From Rubripirellula sp. (GTDB lineage Bacteria; Planctomycetota; Planctomycetia; Pirellulales; Pirellulaceae), in the NCBI GenBank assembly GCA_965216875.1, contig OZ244207.1, positions 2,848,001 through 2,912,000 of the forward strand: DNA of 64,000 nucleotides, read 5' to 3'. Shown in pieces: positions 19,891 through 30,673 of the stretch. The translations under genes were made by a program, and so were the position numbers. A model generated the notes under the pieces. It was given only the letters and a program-made list of their open reading frames with translations, was not told the origin of the DNA and searched no databases. Numbering within the stretch: position 1 is the first letter of the stretch; each line of letters begins with the position of its first letter.

Positions 19891-22800
19891 CCTACGAGTC
19901 ATCTGCGGTTGGGCAAGACCGAGCTGGCTTCCTGGTCCAATCCGTTCCACGAATCGTCGTCGCGTTGTTGCTGGTCGCCAGCCTCGTCGGCCCAAAAACC
20001 TGTGCGCAGCAGCCTTCAGGTGATGCAATTTTGCCGCCGACCCTTTCCGATGGGCGACCACTTCGTCCGATCGGCTTCTTTCAATCTCAAGCCCCCGAGT
20101 TGGTGCCTGAGGATTACTTTCCCGTCGAGGTCGACGAGCTGAACGCGGCGATCCGAGAGCGACTCGAATCAACCGTCGATGACCGATCGAGCCGCCTTCG
20201 AAGTGCCGAGTATTGGATTCGAGTCGTTGACGGCACATTGGTCAGCGATCCTTCGATCATCGACTTGGAATCAAACCGCGAGGGAATCGTTCGACGCAAC
20301 TTGGGCAAGGTTAACTTTGCGATTGATGGACCGCAACGAAGTGAGAATTCCAACGCTTTGTCGACACTGCCTCGGCTCGAATCGAGTCCCAACGGCGATT
20401 TGCACGTTGTGTTTCAATCGGATGCCAGCACGAAATCGGATGTCGAGTTCAAGTGGCGTCTGTTTGGCAAGAATGTCGGCTCAGGACACGACTTCCTTTT
20501 GCGGTTGCCACGCTGCCCGCAAACGCGGATTGTTCTTGCGGCGCCGAGCGAACTGGTCGTCGATTCGCTCGACGGCGTTCTCCGCAAACGACCTGCTCCT
20601 CCGCCTGACGCAGGACAATTCCTAACCGACGCAAACACACGCTGGTATGAACTTGATGCCGGTGGCTTGACCAGCGTGCGGTTAAGGACGCGACGTTCCA
20701 ACCAATCGCAACAGTCCGAAACGATCGTCGTTCGTCGCACTTCGTTCCAATACTCTGTCAACGCTGGGCTGCTCGACTGGGAAAGTCGGATGATCGTGCA
20801 GGTCCCCGCCAATCGCAAGCTTCCGCCCGTGATCGTGTCGCCGACGACCATTACCTCGGTGCGCGTCAACGGCGTTGAGACCACCTTTTCGACAGACACA
20901 CGCGACCGCAATCGCCATCTGGTCAACATCGACCTTCCCGGTGACATGTACGGGACCACTAGCCCCGCCACCACGATCACTCTCAGTGGCAAAGGCACTT
21001 GGGAGGAAACCAGCGGTTGGTGCAACCTGCCGATGCCCGTGCTTGTGGACCAGCAAGTCGTCCACGCCTCGACTGCTGACGAAATGCAGATGTCCGTCCC
21101 GCAGAATCTGGATGTCATGCAATGGCAAATCCCAGCAGGTTGGAAGCGAAAACACAGCGTGGATGCCGGACGGATCGTGTACCAAGCGACTGGACCTCCA
21201 CAAATCACTCCGCCAATCGTGGGTGCATCCGCGACCAATCGGTCGCGTGTTCGTCTGCGCGACGCAGGCCCGATGCAACTGGCCGACTCGCAACTTCTCG
21301 TCGAAGTCACTTCGGCGGGACTTCGAGCCAAAGCTCAGATGAACGTGACGCTGCGTGACAACCAGCTGGAGCCAATTGATTTTGAATTGCAACGCGGCTG
21401 GACACTCGATTCCGTCTCGATCCCGTCGTCGAAACGTGACATCGACATTTCAAGGCAGCTCAGCGCTCGACGATTGACGATCTGGCCAGAAGCTGCGGAC
21501 GTCGCCGACGGTCAACTAGCCATTGAATTCAACGGCACTTCGCGCGTCGGTTTGGTGCAGCGACGCGTGATGCCAACGTGGTTTTGCCGCCCGACGCACC
21601 TTCGCGGTACGTCCACCATCGCTGTGGTTGCGCCAACCGACTTGAATTGGAGCGGTGATGCAGCTGCGAAAATCAAACGCATGGATGCCGACGAGCTATC
21701 GGATGCTCAGCGCGAGTTCTTTGGGAACGTCAAAGAGACAACGCTACTTTTTGAGCCCGCAAGCGGAATGACTCCGGCGCTGACGCTTCAAGCACCCGGT
21801 GTCTCCTTTAACGTTTCAACAACACTGTTGCTGCAAAGAGACGGAAACGAAATCGTTGAATCATTGATCATCGAAACCGATTCCGAAAGCCAAGTCTTGC
21901 CGGAATTGACCGTCCAAACCGGATCATCACAGGGTCGGCCGCCCTATCGATGGCTTCTGCAAGCAGTCGCCGGTGATTCCCCGCCGATCTCGCTTCCCTC
22001 GACCGATGCGCGATCGGGAAGCGTTGAGGGCGAGGTGACGATTGACGTTTCGGACCGGACGCTACGCGATCGCCGATTGGTCGGTCGCCGCCGCTATGCA
22101 TTGGACGGTGACTTGTCGATCCAGCTCCCAAGTGTTCCCTCGGCTGCGTCTCAAAGCTCGAGTGTGCATGTTGGCAGCGGGCTCGTGCTGAAAGAAAAAG
22201 ACAGTTCGGTGCTGAGCATCCCGGCCACGCAGGCGGGTGACGAAATCGCCGCATCTGTGCCTCTCACACAATCGACAAGCGAGGGATCGAACTCGCAAAA
22301 CCTCGTCACCCGGTTGCGATACGATGCCGTCAAAGAACCGACCATCGTCGTTTCAAGACGAGAACTCGATCCGAACGTGACCATCGTCTGGAATGAAGAT
22401 GTTCGAATCAAAGCCTCGAGTCGCGGCACGGACTATATCGAAGCGACCTACCAAGTTTCGACCACTCGGCCGTTTGTCATCGAACATGAACCAGAATTGA
22501 AGGTCGTCTCAGTGCTTCGAAATGGCGAACCGGTCGACCTTGCCGACGTACCGCAACGCCCCATCTCGCTATTACCTGGCCCACCCAACGAGACCATTCG
22601 AATCGTTTGGAATCGAGACCAAATCAGTCGCCAATGGTTTCGCCAATGTCGCGTGCCTAAACTCGAAGCCTCTGGGATCAAGGTCAAGTCTCAGTATCGC
22701 CTTCAAGCGTCGTCGGATACGTTTGCCCCGATCGCGTTGTTGCAACCACCGACGCTACTTTCGGAACAAGCCATCGCGATGACACCCGGTCAATACGTCG

Positions 22801-25800
22801 TGCTCTTGCGACGCAATATCGCCTTGGCACTCGGTTGGTTCTGTGCAGCGATCGTTTTCGCAGCCTCGTGGTATGTCGCCCGCCGGTCTCCCTTTGCGAT
22901 TGCGATTTGGGTCGTCCTGATGATCGCGACCGCATGCCTTTGGTGGCCTTGGCACCTGGCGATTGTTGGATGGTTCACCGTGCCTGCGGTCGCTGCCGTC
23001 TTGTTGGTAGTTTCGCTCGCTTGGACGATCGACGGAAGCCGGTTCCAGCGAAACCGCGAAGACATCCGTGTCGCCGACTCCTCAGAGCAGTCGGCAATTC
23101 CTACTGAAGATTCGCATGCCTTCTCGGTCGCCTCGATCAGCAAAACCCTGGGCATCTTCCTCTTCATCGTCAGTTGCGCGGTCGCCGTCGCTCGCGCACA
23201 GACGCCAAGCTCGCCGCAAACGAGGGCGGTCAACGTTCTGATTCCGGTACTCGAAGATGGCGAGTTGTCCGGCACAACGGTTTACATTCCGAAGTCCCTA
23301 CACGACGAACTCTTCCTCCGCCCGTCGAGCAGCCTACCGCAAGAAGCGTGGTTTCAATCGGCAAGCTACCGAGTGCAAACCAACAACAGCCGCGACTCGA
23401 GCAAGCAACAACCGCCGTTAGTCGAAGCCGACTTGTTGCTGCATATCGAAAGTGGTGATCGCCAAACCAATCTCACCAAACTGCCTTATGCATTTTCGTC
23501 CGTGCGTCGAATCGAAACGATTGGTGAATTGAGCCGAATCATTCAATTCAACAAAGCGGATGATGGCACGGTCGTCGCAAGGCTCCCGCGCGGCAACGCG
23601 TTTCGCTTGCGAGTGACTTTGATCCCCGCAATGAGTGAATCAGATCAGTGGGAAAAGCTGTTTCTCTCGATCCCGCCGATTGCTTCGTCCCGGCTGACTG
23701 TCGAAGGCGACCAGAACTTTGCCGCCGTGCGCGTTGGTGGCACTTCGGGACGACTGATGAAGGAGGCCGATCTACTGCGTTGGATTGACGAAATCGGACC
23801 GGTCAATTCGCTCGAAGTTGAGTTTCAAAAGCCAACACGCGGGGCCGGTTCGCAGCCACCGCTCCAACGCCGCTATTGGCTGAACATTTCCAATCGCCAT
23901 GTCGCCATCGACTGCGAAGTCGACCCGCCCGTCATCCCTACCGTGGGGCAAACCGTCCAACTGGTGATTCGTGACCAAGAACTTCCAACACTGACCTCAT
24001 CGGCCTGGGGGCTCGTCAAAACAGAACTCGTCAGTTCCTCGCGCCAACTACTGACGCTCGAATGTCTGAGCAGCAACCCCGGTCCGGTTCGTTTCTTTTG
24101 GTCGCGGCCGCTGTTCGATGCCGCCGATGGCGAAGACACCGCTTCCATCGAAATCCCCGAAGTGATTGCCCCCGCGCTCGGTGCAAACTCCGAAGGTTGG
24201 ATCGCCTTCGACCTGGCCGACGATGTCAAACTTACGGACATCAGCGAGCAAGTGGAAGCGTTGTCGATCGATCATTTCCTCGCAGGCTGGCAGGGCTATC
24301 GAGGCACGAAGCCCGACCGGGCCCGAATCGCGGTCAATCGAATTCCCGCGATCACGATTGCTCGAGTTGTACCGCGCCCGCCATCTGCAAAATCATCACA
24401 CCATCTGCATATCTCGCGCAGTCAATCACAACTTCGATACCGCGCCACGCTTGAGCCAGGTGATTCCACCAGCTTGCCGCGCACCTTGAAACTGCCGCTC
24501 GGCATGAGATTGTTGGATGTGCGAGTCGATGGCAAACGAATCGAAGCGTCGATCAACACGCGCAAGCGTCCCAATGAGGTTGCGCTGGGCGTTGTCTCTA
24601 GCGAAGAGCCAGTCGAAATCGAAGCCACCGCCGTATTGGACTTCTTTGGAAAGAGCAGGATGGCTCTTCCTCGGTTCAGGCTTGACCCGATGGTTGATAC
24701 GGATGAGTCGTATTCGATCTCGCGAACCCGCGACGTCAAAATCACCTTCCCCACGGCAATCGCGAAAATCTCAAACGAGTCAATCGGAATCAACGACCAA
24801 TTCCTCGAACGTGGTTGGGTGCCCGAAGCAAGCTGGGTCCGAAAAAGCACTGATCAAGGTCCGATCGCGGGCGGCCGAATCAGTGTAACGCCACTCACTG
24901 CGACCTTTGCGTGCAGTCAATTGATTGCGCTCGACCGCGAAGACGGACGTTGGTCGATGAACGTCGATGTTCGCTTCCACTCAAACAAGATCCCTGACTT
25001 CGTCGATGTTGAATTGCCAAAGGCATGGACCTCCTCGTTGGATGCATCGCCCACGCAAAACTGGATCCTGTTGCCTTCGGTAAACCCAGCCAACCAACTG
25101 GTACGAATTCATTGCGATCCAAAGCGACTCCGCGATGGCGATGGCTCGAACGGCGCAGGCCCCACGTTCGACCGCACGCTTTCGATTCGCGCCTACTTGG
25201 ATGATGCCGAAAATGGTCGCGTGGCGGCCCCCAACGTGCGCGTGCTGGGCGATGGTGCCCGCAACGTCCAGATCGCTGTGCCAACGCGACTCGGCCAAGA
25301 TGCGGTGAGCTGGCGAACGAGTGCCGTTGAAGCGAGCCAGCTCGATCAGGCATGGCGAAAACAACGCCCCGAACTTGCACGACGAAGCGTCTTTACCGCT
25401 GCCAAGCGTGAATGGTCGGTCGAACTAGCGCCGCGACCACAAATCGAAGCTGACGCGATGGCAACCACGATGGACGCCCGCGTCTTTCCTCGTGCCGACG
25501 GCGCACTAGTCATCGCTCGATGGGACATCATTCCAGGCGGTCTCGATTCCATCGATGTCGTCGTCCCCAATGGTGCTTCTTGCCTCGGCGCGTGGACCGC
25601 TGGTCGAGCCGTGACAGCGGTGCCCGTCTCTGAAAGCGACTGGGCCAAAGCGGGACAAGTCTATCGCTTGCCGCTCGCACTCAGTCAGCTCGCTCAGCCG
25701 GTCGAGTTGATGTTGCACGTGCCGACCACCAAAACACGCCAAGGACAATACCTGCCCGAACTGGTCAAGATTCCCGTCACTCAACGCTGGCTTGCGAGCT

Positions 25801-26513
25801 ATCGAGACAAGAATCGGACGGCCGACCAATCCGAACTGATTCCCAATGAACAGCGTCGCGCCTACGCGATGGCTCGATCCGTGATCGATTCGATCAGTCA
25901 CTCGCTCGATTCCGTTGCCGACCGCCCGCGCGAAGAGGTCGCTGTTTGGCTCCATCCCTGGATCAACCGGTATCAAGAAATCAATCGCTCGATCAACCGA
26001 GACGCAAACATCAACGTGGCGGATGCTGACCCGCTGCCGAGCCAAACCGACATCGCCGCATTGCGTTCCGACCCGATTCCCAAAGAACAACTTCAATGGG
26101 AATCGCTCGACCAGCAACTGGCAATGCTCATCGAACCCTATCGCGGACAAAAGGTCCAACAAGTGCACGCGTTGGACACGTGGCACCTTAAGGGATTCGT
26201 CCTGCATGAAGTGACGCGGCTTTCGGCAACCAACCGTCCGGCGTCCCTAAGCGATTCATCATCGCAAGACCTGGGTCTGCGCACGATCCTGGTCAACTTG
26301 CTCACGCTTGTTTTGGTCGCCGGCTTGCTGGCGTGCCTGTGGCCAGCCCGGCAATATGTCCAACCCGTGATCGTCCATCCGGCGTTCTGGCTTGGCATCA
26401 TCGGCTTGTTTGGAATGGTTGTCGCTCCCCTTCCAGTCGCGGCCGGCATCGTCCTCGCAGCCATCGCATTGCCGGCAATTCCCTATCCCCGATTGATCAA
26501 CCGTCGAGCCTGA
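19887..26513 (+). CDS. Giant membrane-anchored hypothetical protein (~2200 aa) with two extracytoplasmic modules
   Basis: In-frame GTG at 19887 overlaps the upstream TGA (GTGA); signal-like IVVALLLVASLVG; internal and C-terminal TM clusters. Confidence 0.87.
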   Translation: MTYESSAVGQDRAGFLVQSVPRIVVALLLVASLVGPKTCAQQPSGDAILPPTLSDGRPLRPIGFFQSQAPELVPEDYFPVEVDELNAAIRERLESTVDDRSSRLRSAEYWIRVVDGTLVSDPSIIDLESNREGIVRRNLGKVNFAIDGPQRSENSNALSTLPRLESSPNGDLHVVFQSDASTKSDVEFKWRLFGKNVGSGHDFLLRLPRCPQTRIVLAAPSELVVDSLDGVLRKRPAPPPDAGQFLTDANTRWYELDAGGLTSVRLRTRRSNQSQQSETIVVRRTSFQYSVNAGLLDWESRMIVQVPANRKLPPVIVSPTTITSVRVNGVETTFSTDTRDRNRHLVNIDLPGDMYGTTSPATTITLSGKGTWEETSGWCNLPMPVLVDQQVVHASTADEMQMSVPQNLDVMQWQIPAGWKRKHSVDAGRIVYQATGPPQITPPIVGASATNRSRVRLRDAGPMQLADSQLLVEVTSAGLRAKAQMNVTLRDNQLEPIDFELQRGWTLDSVSIPSSKRDIDISRQLSARRLTIWPEAADVADGQLAIEFNGTSRVGLVQRRVMPTWFCRPTHLRGTSTIAVVAPTDLNWSGDAAAKIKRMDADELSDAQREFFGNVKETTLLFEPASGMTPALTLQAPGVSFNVSTTLLLQRDGNEIVESLIIETDSESQVLPELTVQTGSSQGRPPYRWLLQAVAGDSPPISLPSTDARSGSVEGEVTIDVSDRTLRDRRLVGRRRYALDGDLSIQLPSVPSAASQSSSVHVGSGLVLKEKDSSVLSIPATQAGDEIAASVPLTQSTSEGSNSQNLVTRLRYDAVKEPTIVVSRRELDPNVTIVWNEDVRIKASSRGTDYIEATYQVSTTRPFVIEHEPELKVVSVLRNGEPVDLADVPQRPISLLPGPPNETIRIVWNRDQISRQWFRQCRVPKLEASGIKVKSQYRLQASSDTFAPIALLQPPTLLSEQAIAMTPGQYVVLLRRNIALALGWFCAAIVFAASWYVARRSPFAIAIWVVLMIATACLWWPWHLAIVGWFTVPAVAAVLLVVSLAWTIDGSRFQRNREDIRVADSSEQSAIPTEDSHAFSVASISKTLGIFLFIVSCAVAVARAQTPSSPQTRAVNVLIPVLEDGELSGTTVYIPKSLHDELFLRPSSSLPQEAWFQSASYRVQTNNSRDSSKQQPPLVEADLLLHIESGDRQTNLTKLPYAFSSVRRIETIGELSRIIQFNKADDGTVVARLPRGNAFRLRVTLIPAMSESDQWEKLFLSIPPIASSRLTVEGDQNFAAVRVGGTSGRLMKEADLLRWIDEIGPVNSLEVEFQKPTRGAGSQPPLQRRYWLNISNRHVAIDCEVDPPVIPTVGQTVQLVIRDQELPTLTSSAWGLVKTELVSSSRQLLTLECLSSNPGPVRFFWSRPLFDAADGEDTASIEIPEVIAPALGANSEGWIAFDLADDVKLTDISEQVEALSIDHFLAGWQGYRGTKPDRARIAVNRIPAITIARVVPRPPSAKSSHHLHISRSQSQLRYRATLEPGDSTSLPRTLKLPLGMRLLDVRVDGKRIEASINTRKRPNEVALGVVSSEEPVEIEATAVLDFFGKSRMALPRFRLDPMVDTDESYSISRTRDVKITFPTAIAKISNESIGINDQFLERGWVPEASWVRKSTDQGPIAGGRISVTPLTATFACSQLIALDREDGRWSMNVDVRFHSNKIPDFVDVELPKAWTSSLDASPTQNWILLPSVNPANQLVRIHCDPKRLRDGDGSNGAGPTFDRTLSIRAYLDDAENGRVAAPNVRVLGDGARNVQIAVPTRLGQDAVSWRTSAVEASQLDQAWRKQRPELARRSVFTAAKREWSVELAPRPQIEADAMATTMDARVFPRADGALVIARWDIIPGGLDSIDVVVPNGASCLGAWTAGRAVTAVPVSESDWAKAGQVYRLPLALSQLAQPVELMLHVPTTKTRQGQYLPELVKIPVTQRWLASYRDKNRTADQSELIPNEQRRAYAMARSVIDSISHSLDSVADRPREEVAVWLHPWINRYQEINRSINRDANINVADADPLPSQTDIAALRSDPIPKEQLQWESLDQQLAMLIEPYRGQKVQQVHALDTWHLKGFVLHEVTRLSATNRPASLSDSSSQDLGLRTILVNLLTLVLVAGLLACLWPARQYVQPVIVHPAFWLGIIGLFGMVVAPLPVAAGIVLAAIALPAIPYPRLINRRA

Positions 26514-26641
26514 CGGGCATTCGATTCATCAACGCGGACAATTGAATCAACGATGTGGGCTGGAGTCCAACATCGTGTTTCGGATTCAACTATCATTTCG
26601 CTCTTCTAGCTCTGCCTTCCATTGTCAAGATTGTTGCGCCC

Positions 26642-28681
26642 ATGCTCCGACTCATCTGCCTTGTCACCGCCACATTGATCATGGCTCCCGCCGCCTTCAG
26701 CCAAGGGTTCGCAGGCGCAAAGATCGTCACCTTCCATGGCTACGACGACTGCATCGAGCTATCCAATGCGAGGACTCGTGTCGTCCTTTGCCCCGCCGCC
26801 GGTGGTCGCGTCCTTGTGTACTCACTCGACGGCAAGAACATGCTTTACTTGCCCGATGAAGGGCAGGGCTACCATTACGACCCAAACTCGAACCAACGCG
26901 GTGCAGCGATGAACGCGGGCCGGTTCGACATCGGCCCTGAAAAGTTGGTCAATCGTGGCCGCGTGCTCTGGCAAGGACGTTGGGATGGTGAACTGACGGG
27001 TGACCGCAAGGCCCGACTCACGAGTCAATACGATCCCCAGTCGGGCGTTCGTCTTGTCCGTGATTTTCAACTGGACCACACTTCTTCACGTCTTCGATGC
27101 ACTCAAACAATCATCAACGAATCGAAAAAGCCGGTCAGTCTCTGCTATTGGAGTCGGACGTTTGCCATTGGTGGCGGTGTCGCCGTCGTTCCACGATCGC
27201 CCATCCGGCGGTTCCCTGACGGATACGTACTTTATGAAAACGGCAATGAAATCACGATCAACGCGGAAGACCCAGCAATCCAAGTTACCGATGACACGGT
27301 GGTCGTGACACGCCCGCCGCGCAAGCCCAAACTCGGCTTTGATTCGCACTCTGGTTGGCTTGCCTACCTGGCGCCAAACGACCACATGTTCGTCAAGCGT
27401 TTCAAGACTTATCCGGAACGTGCCTACAACGAATTTGCCGGTCTTACGATTTCAATCTGGTACCCGAAATCGAATATGATCGAACTCGAGCCGATTGGCC
27501 CCGCCGAAAACTTGGCTCCAGGAAAGCAAGCGAGTTTTGGCGAAGAGTGGTGGCTTGTCCCCTACGAATTTCCCGCAGATGTTGAAAATGTCGACATCGA
27601 CAACGTTCGCAAGACGGTCAGAGGCAATACCGTGCCCGCAATGAGAGAAGCCGAACCACCCGCATCCCCCGAAGTCCACCCGGATCGAAGTGTCACTTTC
27701 CGATTTGTTGGCGAGGATGCTGACGAGGTAAAAGTCCAGCTCCTCGGAAAAGAGCATTCACTGCGTCAAGACGAAGACGGTCTTTGGTCGCTCACCACGA
27801 AACCACTCGAACCTGGCATCTACGACTATGTTTTTGTCGTCGACGGTGTTCGCGTTACCGACCCTCGCAATCGTTGGGTCAAGAAATGGAAGGTTTGTGC
27901 GAGCATGCTCGAAATCCCTGCGGAGACACCTCTGTTGACCGAGCGACAGACCGTCCCCCATGGCACATTGCACCACCAGATCTATGCATCCAAGACCACT
28001 GGAACCGAGCGTGATGTCGTGGTCTACACGCCCCCTGACTATCCTGCCGGCGATGACGAGCTGCCTCTGCTTGTTCTCTGCCATGGCAATGGCGACGACC
28101 AAACCGCTTGGACCGAAGTGGGGCGAGCCCAGAACATTCTCGACAATCTGATCGCGCAGAACGCTATCCCGCCGATGGTTGTCGCAATGCCGCATGGGCA
28201 TCCGATCCCGCTAAAGAACCACCATTGGTCTGATGACTACGGCGACCAAAACGAGCGTGCGATGGTCGACGACATTGCCAACGATCTGCTGCCGTTTATT
28301 GAGGCGAACTATCGTGTCTCGTCCGACCCCGACAAACGCGCCATCACGGGACTTTCGATGGGTGGTGGCCAGTCGATCGTGGCCGGCATGCTGCACCCCG
28401 ACAAGTTTCATTGGGTCGGTGCATTCAGCGCCGCAGCGCCTCGAGAAGACCTAACGACCACGGGCAAATGGCTTGTCGGCGACCTCGACAGGCACCAGCA
28501 ACGGAAGGTGTTCTGGATCGCATGTGGCGAAAAAGATTTTTTGCTTGACCGCAACCAAACCTTCTCCAAGCGTCTCAAAGCACTTGGCATTGAACACGAG
28601 TACGTCGAAACCGCCGGCGGGCATACGTGGGAAGTCTGGCGCGACTACCTTCCTGAGTTCCTTGGCATGATCTTCAAGTAG
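26642..28681 (+). CDS. Secreted fusion: DUF4380/aldose-epimerase-like N-domain + CBM48-like domain + CE1/enterochelin-esterase-like alpha/beta hydrolase
   Basis: Signal peptide; GGRVL..ELEPIGP N-domain; SPEVHPDRSVTFRF..PGIYDY.F.VDG..DPRN; VYTPPDY, GLSMGG nucleophile, CGEKD and GGHTW. Confidence 0.85.
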   Translation: MLRLICLVTATLIMAPAAFSQGFAGAKIVTFHGYDDCIELSNARTRVVLCPAAGGRVLVYSLDGKNMLYLPDEGQGYHYDPNSNQRGAAMNAGRFDIGPEKLVNRGRVLWQGRWDGELTGDRKARLTSQYDPQSGVRLVRDFQLDHTSSRLRCTQTIINESKKPVSLCYWSRTFAIGGGVAVVPRSPIRRFPDGYVLYENGNEITINAEDPAIQVTDDTVVVTRPPRKPKLGFDSHSGWLAYLAPNDHMFVKRFKTYPERAYNEFAGLTISIWYPKSNMIELEPIGPAENLAPGKQASFGEEWWLVPYEFPADVENVDIDNVRKTVRGNTVPAMREAEPPASPEVHPDRSVTFRFVGEDADEVKVQLLGKEHSLRQDEDGLWSLTTKPLEPGIYDYVFVVDGVRVTDPRNRWVKKWKVCASMLEIPAETPLLTERQTVPHGTLHHQIYASKTTGTERDVVVYTPPDYPAGDDELPLLVLCHGNGDDQTAWTEVGRAQNILDNLIAQNAIPPMVVAMPHGHPIPLKNHHWSDDYGDQNERAMVDDIANDLLPFIEANYRVSSDPDKRAITGLSMGGGQSIVAGMLHPDKFHWVGAFSAAAPREDLTTTGKWLVGDLDRHQQRKVFWIACGEKDFLLDRNQTFSKRLKALGIEHEYVETAGGHTWEVWRDYLPEFLGMIFK

Positions 28682-28682
28682 C

Positions 28683-28719
28683 CGCTTGGGTGCGAGCAAG
28701 CGAATGCACGCACCCAGCG
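28683..28719. terminator. Hairpin between convergent genes (possible bidirectional terminator)
   Basis: CGCTTGGGTGCG..CGCACCCAGCG inverted repeat in the 43-nt gap; no U-tract. Confidence 0.3.
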
Positions 28720-28724
28720 TCAGA

Positions 28725-30404
28725 TCACAAACCACGTTGAAACTGCTTGAGCGGATGCTCGTCGATGCGGTGGATCCAGCGGCGATGGGCACCTGACTTG
28801 AACGTCGTGATGGTCAAGCCAATCGCAAAGCAAAGCATTCCTCCATGTAGTGGCCATCGAGAGCTTTCAACACCGAAGGTGTGCCACCCAATCTGGTTGC
28901 CGATTGCGATCACTGCACAAACCACTTGCAGTCCCAACACGCCAAACCAGCCGCTTCGCCGCACCACAAACAGATAGACCAATGTGATTCCGGCAATGAT
29001 CATCGGCCCTGCGAAGGTGATCCAATTCGGTTCATAGAACACACCGTACGAAACAGCCGCCGAGCTCGCTGTGATCAAAGCAGCCGAAGCCAAGACGCGC
29101 GCGGCCGTTGCAATCTGTGTATCGAATACCATTCCAATCACCATTAAAGCGGTCACGTTCAAGACGCCGGCCGTTGACGCGGCGATCGAATACTGTTCGT
29201 ACTCCACGCCCGCTTGAAGGATGGCCAGCGACACCAGAGGCGACAGGGCAATCCAACAAGCGTCGGACGTCCGCCGCTGCAAGCACACACCGAGGAAGAA
29301 GATGGATGCGTTTGCGGTAACCATCCAACGACCAACGCCAAGTTCTTCCCACGCTTGCGGAAGGGTTGCAAACAGGCTCAGTGCAATCAGCGAGCCAATA
29401 ACGGCGAACTCACAACCGCGGACTCGCAGCATCCAACCGTACAAGAAGATGCCGATACACACGACCAAGGCGACAGACGTCGAAGCGCCGCCATACTGCT
29501 GCAACTCGGGAGCGATCGACAACGTCGTCATTCCGTTACCGGTCGATGCCAACAGCAGCAATGCTGGCGCCGAGCAAAGCGTGACATAGGTGACACTCTG
29601 CCGACCGCTTGCTTTGCCATACTCAAGCACAAGCACCATGATCGCAGCGACAATCGGCAACAGCAGAAACGGTTCGAACCCAACACTGCCAAGGTACGAC
29701 CCAAAAGACATCCAAAGGGCATGTGATCGGATTCCCGCGCCAACGATCACGACTGCGAACAGACTCAGCGGATACCAGGGCCAACGCCAGGGAGTCCCAT
29801 TTTCGTTGAGCTCGACACCGAGCGAACGAACGGCGGGAATCAACAACAAAAACGCCGCGCCGATCGCCGATGAAAAGATTGGCCCCAGCCATCTCGCAAG
29901 CTGAAGGTTGTTTTCCGAGACCGCGTACCCGCCAATCACTGGCGAGGCAAAGAAGGCGACCAGAATGGTGTAGTAGCAGACCCGATACCAAAACGGAAAC
30001 TGTATTCGGCAGCAACGAATCACGAACTCCGACGACGCGATCGAAAACAACAGTCCGCCTAACAGGAAACGACCTCCGCCCTGCCAATCATTCAAGCAAA
30101 GAAGATCAAACCCAACTGACAAAGCAATGTGACTGATCGCAACCACCAGGAAAATCGATCGCGCGTCCTCCCACACCTTTCCCAATCGGACAACGCCGAT
30201 GACCGTGATCGACATCAGCAACGAATAGCCCACCATGCAAGCGGCAAGCAACGCGGATTGTTGATAGAGGTCGCCGCCTGGGCTGGCGACCATCAATCCG
30301 TAGATAATCAGAAAACAACTGATCAAATAGAACGGGTTCTGGGTGTACAGAAAGCTTCCCAGACGAGCCAAGCGATTCGAACCATCCACAAAACACCTCC
30401 ACAA
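28725..30404 (-). CDS. Polytopic membrane protein of unknown function
   Basis: Many hydrophobic helices; NPFYLIS, VWEDARS and NGTPWRWPWYP motifs. Confidence 0.82.
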   Translation of the reverse strand: MWRCFVDGSNRLARLGSFLYTQNPFYLISCFLIIYGLMVASPGGDLYQQSALLAACMVGYSLLMSITVIGVVRLGKVWEDARSIFLVVAISHIALSVGFDLLCLNDWQGGGRFLLGGLLFSIASSEFVIRCCRIQFPFWYRVCYYTILVAFFASPVIGGYAVSENNLQLARWLGPIFSSAIGAAFLLLIPAVRSLGVELNENGTPWRWPWYPLSLFAVVIVGAGIRSHALWMSFGSYLGSVGFEPFLLLPIVAAIMVLVLEYGKASGRQSVTYVTLCSAPALLLLASTGNGMTTLSIAPELQQYGGASTSVALVVCIGIFLYGWMLRVRGCEFAVIGSLIALSLFATLPQAWEELGVGRWMVTANASIFFLGVCLQRRTSDACWIALSPLVSLAILQAGVEYEQYSIAASTAGVLNVTALMVIGMVFDTQIATAARVLASAALITASSAAVSYGVFYEPNWITFAGPMIIAGITLVYLFVVRRSGWFGVLGLQVVCAVIAIGNQIGWHTFGVESSRWPLHGGMLCFAIGLTITTFKSGAHRRWIHRIDEHPLKQFQRGL

Positions 30405-30673
30405 TTGGAGTGAGAATCTTCGGTGTGCTTCGGCCGAGCAGTACGGTTTGTTACGTACCTGACGCTTTGCTGGTTCTTAACGGTGCCAAGATTGCAACGA
30501 TTTGCGGGGGATTGCCCACAGAGTGACGATGATTGCCGCGTCGTTGTGGTAGGCGCGCCGTAACTTCGATAACCTGGATGCTTGGTCGCGCGCGTCGTGG
30601 TCACTCCCTTTTGATACTCAATGGCTCGTCGTGTTGATTCGGCGACCCTCCCCGCATCACCTGAGGTGTTTTG

